Of a DNA stretch of 64,000 nt, positions 8,825 through 17,440 are shown in pieces. The translations under genes were made by a program, and so were the position numbers. The notes beneath the pieces are model-generated. The model made no database searches and had not been told where the DNA came from. It was given only the letters and a program-made list of their open reading frames with translations. Every line of letters starts with the position of its first letter. The stretch's first letter is position 1. The stretch is from positions 195,863 to 259,862 of IMG/VR virus record IMGVR_UViG_3300037484_000445; one strand, given 5' to 3'. Source of the DNA: a virus. Taxonomy: Duplodnaviria; Heunggongvirae; Uroviricota; Caudoviricetes.

Positions 8825-10274
8825 AGTAGTTCAACGCTACAAGCTATCGAGCACTTTGACCAGGAATTGGCTCTCAAGAGTCAAGAAAGGGTGGAAGGCC
8901 GTCCTCGCTTCACCCCATGAACCTAAGGACAAATTCACTATCCTTCAGGAGTTCCTCAAGAACTTGCGAGAACAGGTCCTTTATCAAAAGCACGGCCTGG
9001 ACATCATCTTCGAAGGATCTGCTGGCAGACAGCGCTTTGAGACTCTACTGGCTAAAACACAGGCAAAGCTCAGTCAGCTTTCCGATGAGTATGTGCTGGC
9101 TAGCACTGAGTTTCACCTGGCATCTAGTGTTCGGGACGATTTCGTAATCAAGATCGAGAAGGAAACTGGCGATAATGTTCGTAGGTTAGGGGACGAACGT
9201 TTCACCCTCAAGTACCCAACCTACAAGCCTTTTCGGGATGAGTGGCTCAAAACCATGGAAGCCCTAGATCAGTGGCGGTGGTACCCAGAGAAAATGTTTG
9301 GGTCCCTCACTCGGATCTTTGATGAGCTGATGAAGCATCTTTATGCTGACGCCAAAGCCCGAGCCGACTACGAAAGTGCGGGTGGTCAGATCGACGATAG
9401 ACACCTGACTATTGAGAAGGTGTTCGACTTGAGTGGCCTCAAAGTTGTTATGATCGACGATAATATCGACCAGATCGATGTTCGAGGGTACGTCAAGCAT
9501 CTCAACAGAGCACAACAGTTACTGGCAAACAAGGGTTTTGGTAAGCTGTGGTATGGTGTGATTTTCGTCGAGAAAAAGGCTCATCAGAAGACCCCCGAAG
9601 AGATCGAGCTCGGCAAACAATGGGGCTATGACAATACGGCCAATGCGGGTGAGTATAGTCACACATCAGACAAGGTCTATGTGCAACAGCCGGCAAACGG
9701 CGGGGTTACGGGGACTGTCATTCATGAACTCGGACACCGTTATTGGTTCAAGTTCATGAAGCCTGCCCAAAGAGCGCGTTTCAACTCTCTGGTCCAAACC
9801 AAGAAGACAGACAAATCCCGCGACTTCCCACAGGGTCCGACCACTGATGAAGGCGGCCTAAAGCCAGTCACACCCTTTGGTGCCTATGCGGGATCCAATA
9901 TTGAAGAAGCTTTTGCCGAGGTCTTCGAAGGCTACGTGACTGAGGGTGATCTTGACCGAGATCAACTTGAGTCCTTTCGATCTGTTCTAGCCACTTCAGC
10001 CCAAATAGTAGCTCGAAGGTTCGAGCAAGCTTCAAGGAGCAAGAAAATCACTCTGGGCTACCAGGCCGTCGATATTCGGACAGGCAAACCATTGTCCGAT
10101 ATTTTCTCCAAGAGAGAGCCTGCTCGTGCGGCGGTGAAGATCCTTTTGAGTCAAGGGCTCAATGCTGGAGTCCAAACCGTAGAAGCCTATGTACCGAGTG
10201 ACTGGAAGCGTGGTGACTCTTTGGAGTCCTATGTCGACCCGGAAACCTTGGAAGCCTTGAAGCACAAGAAATGA
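8811..10274 (+). CDS. zincin metallopeptidase (HEXXH...E) multidomain protein
   Basis: VIHELGHRY and EEAFAEVF; RKVVQRY at the N-terminus and IVARRF before a small C-terminal domain. Confidence 0.75.
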   Translation: MDTRKVVQRYKLSSTLTRNWLSRVKKGWKAVLASPHEPKDKFTILQEFLKNLREQVLYQKHGLDIIFEGSAGRQRFETLLAKTQAKLSQLSDEYVLASTEFHLASSVRDDFVIKIEKETGDNVRRLGDERFTLKYPTYKPFRDEWLKTMEALDQWRWYPEKMFGSLTRIFDELMKHLYADAKARADYESAGGQIDDRHLTIEKVFDLSGLKVVMIDDNIDQIDVRGYVKHLNRAQQLLANKGFGKLWYGVIFVEKKAHQKTPEEIELGKQWGYDNTANAGEYSHTSDKVYVQQPANGGVTGTVIHELGHRYWFKFMKPAQRARFNSLVQTKKTDKSRDFPQGPTTDEGGLKPVTPFGAYAGSNIEEAFAEVFEGYVTEGDLDRDQLESFRSVLATSAQIVARRFEQASRSKKITLGYQAVDIRTGKPLSDIFSKREPARAAVKILLSQGLNAGVQTVEAYVPSDWKRGDSLESYVDPETLEALKHKK

Positions 10275-10630
10275 AGTCGGCCGTCGACCTAGATGAACGC
10301 TGGGCAAGACGGTTTGACGCTACCCAGCGTCGCTTAGAGCTCAAGGAACGGGCTGTGGCCTACAAGGGAGGTAGCTGTTGTCTCTGCGGCTATGACCGGT
10401 GTCTACAGGCCTTGGAGTTTCATCACTTGGACCCGGGTTCAAAGGACTTCGAGATTTCGTCCAAGATGCGTTGGGATCAGGTAAAGCTGGAGCTAGACAA
10501 GACCATCCTGGTTTGCTCAAATCACCATCGTGAGGTGCATGCTGGGCTTTACCCGTCCCTACTAGGCGGGTGCATCGAAGAGGGCTCTAGCGGCGTCTAC
10601 AACGAGCTGGAAGACCCTCCGGAGGAGTAA
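10271..10630 (+). CDS. HNH endonuclease
   Basis: CCLCGY...LEFHHLDP...LVCSNHHREVH. Confidence 0.85.
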   Translation: MKSAVDLDERWARRFDATQRRLELKERAVAYKGGSCCLCGYDRCLQALEFHHLDPGSKDFEISSKMRWDQVKLELDKTILVCSNHHREVHAGLYPSLLGGCIEEGSSGVYNELEDPPEE

Positions 10631-10800
10631 CCTTCGCCTGACCAACCGCCACCCATGAGAATGAAGGCTGTCCTACTTATGAGCCGCTTGGCCGAGACTT
10701 CACCACAACTGGGGCAGACCTTGATAGGATCCTCGGTGATCCGCTGATCCTGTTCCCAACTGTGTTCGCAGGCTTCACACTTGTACTCGTAGGTCGGCAC
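10597..10800 (-). CDS. FmdB-family zinc-ribbon protein
   Basis: MPTYEYKC..C...CPSCG...RLIS...F...G.GW. Confidence 0.85.
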   Translation of the reverse strand: MPTYEYKCEACEHSWEQDQRITEDPIKVCPSCGEVSAKRLISRTAFILMGGGWSGEGYSSGGSSSSL

Positions 10801-11626
10801 TTGGAACCTCGTAATTGGTAATGATGAGTTCGGTGATGGGGCCCCGCTTATCTCCTTTGGAGTTCACACACCTTTTGGCTTGAACCTCAGTGAAGTGGAA
10901 CCCCTTGTAGAGTTCTCGGACGATGGGGGAATTCGAATTCGACGCAACAACTTGCACATTCTTGGTGGAAAGAGTTCGAAACATTGCCGCTAGGCGCTCT
11001 TGTTCTTTGATCCCGAACCCTGACTTCGTGTATGACGTGAAGTAGCTGGTGTCGTTGAGGGGTACATACGGCGGGTCCAAAAAGACCAGATCCCCAGGGA
11101 CCGCAGTGCTGCAGGACTCCTCGAAGTCAATGGACTGCAACCACACGAACATCTCGAGAGCTCTGGCATCGCTACGAAGGATGGCTTCATTGTAGATGCT
11201 CGGGTTGCTAAACTTGCCGAAAGAGACGTTGAATTGTCCGCTCTTATTTACCCTATAGAGGCCATTGAAGCATGTTTTATTGAGGTAAATGGTTCGTGCT
11301 GCCCGTCGAACCGGAGAGTAGCGTGAGACGTCTACTCGTCTCAACTGATCAAACACATCGGGATCGTACTTCAGTTTCTTGAGCTGCGAGATAAGGTCTT
11401 CGGGGAAGTCTCGGACGATCCGATAGGCGTCCATGAGCTCTTGGTTGATGTCATTGATGACAGCCCGTTGAAAAGCTTCTCTCTTGGCCAAGGCGAAAAA
11501 CACAGCACCCCCACCAATGAAGGGCTCGTAGAAAGTATGCATACTTGTGGGAAATATGCTCAACAATCTAGCTAACAACTGGCCTTTTCCGCCTACCCAC
11601 TTAAGAAACGGTGAGGGTTCATACAT
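10775..11626 (-). CDS. dam: Dam-type DNA adenine methyltransferase
   Basis: FLKWVGGK, EPFIGGGAVFF, LNKTCFNGLYRVN, DPPY. Confidence 0.9.
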   Translation of the reverse strand: MYEPSPFLKWVGGKGQLLARLLSIFPTSMHTFYEPFIGGGAVFFALAKREAFQRAVINDINQELMDAYRIVRDFPEDLISQLKKLKYDPDVFDQLRRVDVSRYSPVRRAARTIYLNKTCFNGLYRVNKSGQFNVSFGKFSNPSIYNEAILRSDARALEMFVWLQSIDFEESCSTAVPGDLVFLDPPYVPLNDTSYFTSYTKSGFGIKEQERLAAMFRTLSTKNVQVVASNSNSPIVRELYKGFHFTEVQAKRCVNSKGDKRGPITELIITNYEVPSADLRVQV

Positions 11627-11661
11627 AACCCTGTGGGTGTACACCATTCCCAGTGAAATGC

Positions 11662-12003
11662 CTACTCGGAAGTAAGTATTTCGACCAAATCTCTAATTAC
11701 TGTTGGTCTTGAACCCTTGGTGACTCTTGGCGTCCCCTTAGGGATCGTCGCCGTACTTCCTGTGTGAAATAAGAAATGTTGTGCAAGCGTAGGACGGATA
11801 CAGCAAACCTTCTCGTAGAATTCAATGCCGGACATTGCTGGCATGTCCATATCCGATAGAACACAGCTGTAAGTATTAGTACGTATAGCTTCTAGTGCTG
11901 CGTACCCATCGACGAACACGTCTACCTTGTACCTGTACTTGAGAATACGGGCAACCGCAGTGGCTGTCACCCTCTCATCGTCAAGTACTAGGATCCGCTT
12001 CAT
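11662..12003 (-). CDS. stand-alone response-regulator receiver domain
   Basis: ILVLDDE, LSDMDMPAMSG, HTG. Confidence 0.8.
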   Translation of the reverse strand: MKRILVLDDERVTATAVARILKYRYKVDVFVDGYAALEAIRTNTYSCVLSDMDMPAMSGIEFYEKVCCIRPTLAQHFLFHTGSTATIPKGTPRVTKGSRPTVIRDLVEILTSE

Positions 12004-12033
12004 GGAAGCCAATACGGTAAGGACTTCCAAATC

Positions 12034-12663
12034 TTAAGCATTTTCCAGTAGGTCTTTAATTGGTTGGTAGCTTCGGCGATGAATTGGACAAGGGCCTAGC
12101 TTTTTCAGAGCTTCGGCGTGTTCTCTGGTGCCATAGCCCACGTGCTTAGCGAAGCCGTATCCAGGGTACACTTGGGCTGCTTGTACCATCATGTCGTCAC
12201 GGGTAACCTTCGCAATGATACTTGCAAGGGACACGGCAGGTATCAGATTGTCGGCTTTTGGAAGCCCAATAGATCCAGGTATGCCGAGGCTGGAGGTGCC
12301 GTGCTGGAAGCCATCCACGACAATCAGGCACGAGGGGCCTGCCTTAGGCAACAACGCTTCTAGAGCTTTCCGGTGGGCTTGAATCAGGGCCTCTCCGACG
12401 CCTATTTCATCGATCTGTTGTGAAGTGAATTCGACCAGCTTGTAGGTGACGGGCGTCGTTTTCGTCCACCGATCATAGGCTGTTCGTCGGCGAGTGGGGG
12501 ATAGGGTCTTGGAATCCGCAATACCAGGCTCATTGAAAGTTCTCGGAAGTAACACACTACACACAAGTAGACTTCCGGCCCAAGCCCCGTAACCGACTTC
12601 ATCTGAACCCAGCACCCATTTGGCTGTGCTGTTGTCAATCGCTTCAATTCCAGTGTGTTTCAT
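12034..12663 (-). CDS. rnhB: ribonuclease HII
   Basis: GSDEVGYG, DSK, VDG, KAD...ASIIAKVTRD, GYGT..H...HRRSY. Confidence 0.92.
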   Translation of the reverse strand: MKHTGIEAIDNSTAKWVLGSDEVGYGAWAGSLLVCSVLLPRTFNEPGIADSKTLSPTRRRTAYDRWTKTTPVTYKLVEFTSQQIDEIGVGEALIQAHRKALEALLPKAGPSCLIVVDGFQHGTSSLGIPGSIGLPKADNLIPAVSLASIIAKVTRDDMMVQAAQVYPGYGFAKHVGYGTREHAEALKKLGPCPIHRRSYQPIKDLLENA

Positions 12664-12670
12664 ACAATTC

Positions 12671-13511
12671 CTAACGCAGACGTTTGAATTCTTCGAAAAA
12701 AGCCCCAAGATCCACGCTATCTCGAAGTCTGTCACCTAAGTGGGACCAAGCATCTTGATCTGCAAGAAAGCAGGTTCGGCAAAACTCAGAACCCCCACGT
12801 TTGCGATAGTTCGTGCAACCTTTGCAATACTTGTCCTTTTGAGTATTGCATGAAGGACATAGCGGTTGAAATGCTAGCACACCAATACGGTCGTGTTCGG
12901 AATTGCCGGCAACCCTGAAATTGACACGATGATCTCTTGTGAGGCACTCATGCCGGTTACCGTTGATCACTAAGGGCCTGGAGCAAAAGACACAACGAAG
13001 GCGCCCTTGGTAGAGAGCCAAAAACTGTTGGTCCTCCAACGAAGACATTGGACGCCGGGGGTCAAATAACCCCTCATATCGAGAAGGATCCAACGAATAG
13101 CTGGCATAAATGCCTAGTCTCGCACTATTGACTGGGATCCCACGTTCTTCAAGTTCCGAGGCTATTTTTGGAATCTCCTGCAATCCGAGGCGAGTGCGAA
13201 GCATCGGGGTGCTGAGGGGTGACTCTTTGAGAACCTCCCTCAAAAAGCGCAAGTAGCGACGGTATTGATTAGTCTCTTGAAGTAGAGTCCAGACGCCCAG
13301 ACCACACTCGGGACCTAACGCTTGAACCAAGTCTGGATTGGCCCCAGGCACTTGGTCCACAATGCTTTGACATAGCTCTTCTGGAGCTTTTGGGGCCACT
13401 ATGAGTACTGGAGCTACAGCATCCAAGTCATCCGTGCTGGCGGGAACTTCGATTGATTTGAGCTCTTTTGGGGGCGGGTCTTTAGCCCACCAATCATCGT
13501 CATCTTCAAGA
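12671..13511 (-). pseudogene. HNH (Cys-rich, restriction-endonuclease-like) nuclease gene interrupted near its start by the transposon
   Basis: CVFC...DHR...QPLCPSCNTQK...C..C...C..C. The frame stays open from 13426 up to the TSD, and its ATG lies at 20213-20211 beyond the element. Confidence 0.7.
13503..13511 (+). repeat. left target-site duplication TCTTCAAGA
   Basis: Identical to 20200-20208. Confidence 0.9.
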
Positions 13512-13526
13512 GGCTTTGCCCTAGAA
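13512..13526 (+). repeat. left terminal inverted repeat GGCTTTGCCCTAGAA
   Basis: Exact reverse complement of 20185-20199. Confidence 0.9.
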
Positions 13527-13557
13527 GCCCTTATGAGGCAAGACTTCTGCGACGGGC

Positions 13558-13653
13558 ATAGGGTATTGACCTATAAAGGCTAATTACAGCCATTTTGTAC
13601 CTGCTAGGCCTTTCAGGTGCGAAATGGACACACATCCATAGGTCAATACCTAT
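13558..13653. promoter_or_regulatory. pair of inverted ATAGG-N6/7-CCTAT palindromic sites near the left end
   Basis: atagggtattgacctat (13558-13574) and ataggtcaatacctat (13638-13653); the second overlaps TATAAT at 13651. Confidence 0.5.
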
Positions 13654-13699
13654 AATGAGCCTTGCTAGGTCTGGTAAGCCAAGCTAACCTTCTGGGGCT

Positions 13700-14206
13700 A
13701 TGGCTTCTTTTCGCGTACTAATTGATGGGGTCCCGGTAGATGTATCGTCGCCAGAGGATGCCCTAGCTCTGATCCGAGCATCAAAACGGCAACCTGCACC
13801 GACGGGCTCAGCAGGCCCGGTCCAGGTTGCCCTGCCCCCGGACGCCGATCAGAAGCAGAGCCGCCCCAAGCCGCCCACGAGCAAGACGCCGAGGACTGAC
13901 CCGAGCGAGTCCGTGGCCAGCGGGGCTATCTGGGGGAGCCTCATCGCCTCGTTGAACAGAAGTCAGCTCGATGTCCTCTACACGATAAAGAACAACCCAG
14001 ACGGCGTTACATCGCCGCAAATTGGGGAACTCTTGGACCGGGAGGCAAACTCGATTGCCGGGACCATCGGTGGCGGACTCCAGAAGAACATTCCACGGGC
14101 CGGCCTAGACTTCGATCAAGTCATTCGGGTGCATGTTGTTCACGGTAAGAACCATTACCTACCCGGACCGCTGCTACTGGCCCAGGAGGTTCCACCAATC
14201 AAATGA
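13700..14206 (+). CDS. putative winged-HTH protein (paralogue A)
   Basis: Similar layout to 14588-15010. Confidence 0.65.
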   Translation: MASFRVLIDGVPVDVSSPEDALALIRASKRQPAPTGSAGPVQVALPPDADQKQSRPKPPTSKTPRTDPSESVASGAIWGSLIASLNRSQLDVLYTIKNNPDGVTSPQIGELLDREANSIAGTIGGGLQKNIPRAGLDFDQVIRVHVVHGKNHYLPGPLLLAQEVPPIK

Positions 14207-14240
14207 GGCACCTTGACCAAGTAGCTTAGCCCCAAATGCA

Positions 14241-14262
14241 GAAAAGCCCCCTTTCGGGGGCT
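14241..14262 (-). terminator. intrinsic terminator on the minus strand
   Basis: Minus strand reads agccccc-gaaa-gggggct-tttc. Confidence 0.65.
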
Positions 14263-14411
14263 CCCTCACCGGATCAGCGTCACGTCTAGCAAACTTCCGC
14301 TGGGCCGGTCAACGTCAATCTGGAAGGATTGAGTCCCAAAGACTCTCCCTCCATTTCGGCGGCCGTGCAACTAGATTTTGCTGGTCAACCCCAAAAAAAT
14401 GGAGGAGTCCC

Positions 14412-14504
14412 ATGGACTTTGCTCATTTGAGGGAAGACTTCGTCGCTCCCTTGGTCATCCGGCTGAGGTGGTGGTGGGCCGCTGAAGGCATAGCCCACAT
14501 GTAG
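14412..14504 (+). CDS. 30-aa peptide MDFAHLREDFVAPLVIRLRWWWAAEGIAHM (below ORF-track cut-off)
   Basis: GGAGGAG at 14401-14407 just upstream of the ATG. Confidence 0.35.
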   Translation: MDFAHLREDFVAPLVIRLRWWWAAEGIAHM

Positions 14505-14587
14505 TCGACTCCCGGCATGGGAGGGATCCATCTAGATCCCTCCCATAGCTTAGGCTGAGTCTTGCTTGAAAGGACTGGAGAGTAGCC

Positions 14588-15010
14588 ATGGCGATTCGTT
14601 TCCTTGCCACCGGTGTCATCGAGGCGGACACCGTCCCAGAAGCCATCGAGTGGGAGCGCAGGAAGATCCCTGCACCCAAGCCCAGGGGGCGACCTCGCAA
14701 GACTAGACACCACCCGGCTGGCACCAGCCCCTGGGATCGCTTCTGTGACCTCATCCAGGGTCCAAGTGGGGTTCGGATGCGGAAGATCTTGACCTTGGTC
14801 AAAGGCCGCGGAGAAACCGGAATTGACATCCGCGAGCTTTCTACAGCCCTAAAGGACCAAAGTGCCAACAACATCGGTGGGCTACTTGCGGGTTTCGTTC
14901 AGAAAGCGAAGAAGTCGGGTGTCGGCTACGAAGACCTCATCTTTCGGGGTCCAGATGGCCGATTCAGGCCCGGCAACCTACTGCAGACTCATGACCCGCC
15001 TATACCCTGA
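14588..15010 (+). CDS. putative winged-HTH protein (paralogue B)
   Basis: KILTLVK...GIDIRELSTAL...NNIGGLL...FRPGNLL...PPI. Confidence 0.65.
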   Translation: MAIRFLATGVIEADTVPEAIEWERRKIPAPKPRGRPRKTRHHPAGTSPWDRFCDLIQGPSGVRMRKILTLVKGRGETGIDIRELSTALKDQSANNIGGLLAGFVQKAKKSGVGYEDLIFRGPDGRFRPGNLLQTHDPPIP

Positions 15011-15183
15011 TTCCGCCTAGGCCGATCCCAGTAGGGTGACTTGCACTTGGGGCATACCTTTGGTTTCTCGACTTTGGGCGCCTTTGGTTGCACCGAAACG
15101 AGTGCTTCGATGCCCCTGGGAATCCACTGATGTGCGCATCTTAGGCACTGAAACCCCCAAAGTTCGATCTTCCGTAGTGACAT
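14989..15183 (-). CDS. small zinc-ribbon protein divergent from the transposase
   Basis: CLRCAHQWIPR...CPKCKSPYW. Confidence 0.7.
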   Translation of the reverse strand: MSLRKIELWGFQCLRCAHQWIPRGIEALVSVQPKAPKVEKPKVCPKCKSPYWDRPRRNQGIGGS

Positions 15184-15242
15184 TATCTGTCCTATCCCGA
15201 GTTGAGAAACCTATACCTGGCGCGTAATATACTTCATAGGAC

Positions 15243-16481
15243 ATGGCAACCACTACTGAGATCGACAGGCGTCTTGAGAGAGGCAAAGCAATCGCGGCCG
15301 GTGGTCGGTTGAGGCCTATCGGGGACGGGACTTGGGCAGTCCTATCGCAGACCGGCGCCAAGAAGAAGTACCTCGTTGACCCTGAGAAGCAGACCTGTAC
15401 TTGTCCTGACTTTGAAGCCTGGGAGTTGCCCTGCAAGCACATCTACGCCGTTCGGCTCGCCCAAAACCCTCAGTTTTCCAAGGAGAACCCATCTAAATGC
15501 AAGGAATCCGACACCATGCGGCCAACCTACCAACAGGATTGGCCGAGCTACAATGCGGCTCAGATCCATGAGCGGGAGCACTTCGAGAAGCTCTTGAAGG
15601 ATCTCTGTCATGGAATCCCAGAGCCCCCTCAGAAGAAGGGTAGGCCTCGGTTGACCTTGTCCGACATGGTCTACTCGGCCACGACCAAGGTCTATACGGG
15701 GTTCAGTGGAAGGCGGGCTTCAACCGATATCCACGAGTGTCAGGACCACGGCCATATTGACCATGCTCCCCACCACAACTCGATCAGCCGGTACCTCGGG
15801 ATGAAGGAGTTGACCCCGATCCTCAAGCACTTGATTGAGGTAAGCGCGTTGCCACTCAAGGCAGTCGAAACCCAGTTCGCCATTGACTCGACTGGGTTCT
15901 CGACTTGTGTCTATGACCGATGGTTCGATCACAAGTATGGAACAGCAGAGAGTGGCCGACGACAGCGGTGGATCAAGTGCCACGCAATGGTTGGTACCCT
16001 GACCAACGTGGTGACCGCCGTCGAAGTGAGCGAGAGTTACGTGTCCGACACCAACCAGCTACCTGAACTTCTAAGTCGAACAGCAGCAAACTTCGATACC
16101 CAAGAAATCTCAGCCGACAAAGCTTACTTATCGAATGTCAACTTGACGGTGATCGAGATGTTTGGGGCCAAGCCCTTTGTCCCATTCAAGGTTGATTCGA
16201 AGGGATCTGGAATGCCAGCCTGGGAGCGCATGTGGCATCAGTTCTGGTTCATGCGGGACAAGTTCATGACGCACTACCACCGTAGGTCAAACGTGGAGAG
16301 TACCTTCTCAGCGCTGAAGCGGAAGCTTGGTGGATCAGTACGTTCGAAGGACGTGATCGCCCAATACAACGAGGTGTTGTGCAAGGTCTTGGCGTACAAC
16401 ATCACGGTGGTCATCCACGAGATGTACGAACTTGGAATCGATCCTGGGTTTGAGAATCTTGCTGGGACCGGGACGCACTAG
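15243..16481 (+). CDS. DDE transposase (IS4/IS5-like) with N-terminal SWIM zinc finger
   Basis: CTCPD...CKH (SWIM); IDSTG; ADKAY; YHRRSNVESTFSALK fits Y-x2-R-x3-E-x6-K. Confidence 0.9.
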   Translation: MATTTEIDRRLERGKAIAAGGRLRPIGDGTWAVLSQTGAKKKYLVDPEKQTCTCPDFEAWELPCKHIYAVRLAQNPQFSKENPSKCKESDTMRPTYQQDWPSYNAAQIHEREHFEKLLKDLCHGIPEPPQKKGRPRLTLSDMVYSATTKVYTGFSGRRASTDIHECQDHGHIDHAPHHNSISRYLGMKELTPILKHLIEVSALPLKAVETQFAIDSTGFSTCVYDRWFDHKYGTAESGRRQRWIKCHAMVGTLTNVVTAVEVSESYVSDTNQLPELLSRTAANFDTQEISADKAYLSNVNLTVIEMFGAKPFVPFKVDSKGSGMPAWERMWHQFWFMRDKFMTHYHRRSNVESTFSALKRKLGGSVRSKDVIAQYNEVLCKVLAYNITVVIHEMYELGIDPGFENLAGTGTH

Positions 16482-16525
16482 AACTTGAAAATGGTGTACT
16501 TGTTTTTGGAAGAAGGTACGAAACC

Positions 16526-17126
16526 ATGACTCAAACAAATGTTGCCCTGCTTGGCGTAGCCATGACCGCATTGGTGGCAGTCGTTGGCTGGTTGGTCACC
16601 CAGCGTAGCTCTGCCAAGCTGGCGGTTCGTGCTCGCCAAGCGGACCATATCAGGACTCAGATCGGTAACCTCTATGGTCCACTTGTCTTCTTCGCCGAAC
16701 TGAATGAGCTACTACTGATACGAAGCGAGAAGATCCGGGTGGCATACGACGAGTACTTCGATACTCGACAAGGTGACCGCTTCTCCAAAGAAATGACCGA
16801 AGTCATCGCCAAGATGAATCTCTACGGGCAGAAAGTCGTATGCAACAACCAGGACGTGATTCCCCTGTTGAGGGATAACTGGGGGCTGCTTGATGCCAAT
16901 GATGCAGAACTTGTGAAGGAATACTTGTCTGACATCTTCATTCAAGACTTGGAGTCGGACAGAGAGGGTCCAACCTTGCCTGCGGAATTCTACCTGCCCA
17001 AGATGTTGAAGAGCACCCTCGGGCCAAAGATGATCCTCCGACCGGGCTTTGCTGAAAGCTTGCGGCGGTCTACTCACCAAGCGAAAGGAACTCAGTCGAT
17101 TGATCGGAACGGCCCCACCAAAGTGA
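16526..17126 (+). pseudogene. N-terminally membrane-anchored protein, probably frameshifted near 17067
   Basis: TM segment at aa 5-24. The ORF-track frame runs antisense through two real genes, while a shifted frame gives LLTKRKELSRLIGTAPPK-stop at 17124-17126. Confidence 0.5.
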
Positions 17127-17176
17127 TGTGTTCTGTTGTACCGGTTCCAGCACGAGAGCCTCGATCAGCCTACCTA

Positions 17177-17440
17177 CTACGGCACGATCCTATATGTCGC
17201 TTGGACTTGGTAGTTTCCGAGATCCCTGGTGTCCACAACGAGATTCCATGTTCCGCCAAGCGGGGTCGGTATTCGAATCGGGAATTGCCTATACTGCCCA
17301 CCATAGTATCGAAACTGTTGACCCGTCTGATAGTTGAGAAAGTTGGAGTCATCCATCAGCATGATGTTGGCGGGAGCATTACAGGTAACTTCGACCCCCA
17401 AACCAGCGACAAGCGAAACGCGAGTTCGGAGGAACCTCAT
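17177..17440 (-). CDS. DUF1883-family protein
   Basis: VEVT...ANIMLMDDSNF.NY..G...YYGG...P.RI..P..G.WNLVVD. Confidence 0.8.
   Translation of the reverse strand: MRFLRTRVSLVAGLGVEVTCNAPANIMLMDDSNFLNYQTGQQFRYYGGQYRQFPIRIPTPLGGTWNLVVDTRDLGNYQVQATYRIVP

Noticed and set aside
13512-13518. Assigning the element to IS1595/ISPna2 because the TIR starts GGCnnTG
   Set aside because: The transposase has IS4/IS5-type DSTG, ADKAY and YREK motifs and the TSD is 9 bp; the family is left unassigned.
13502-13526. Reading the ends as a 25-bp imperfect TIR with no TSD
   Set aside because: The outer 9 bp are an exact direct repeat of a palindromic target, and deleting one copy restores an ORF.
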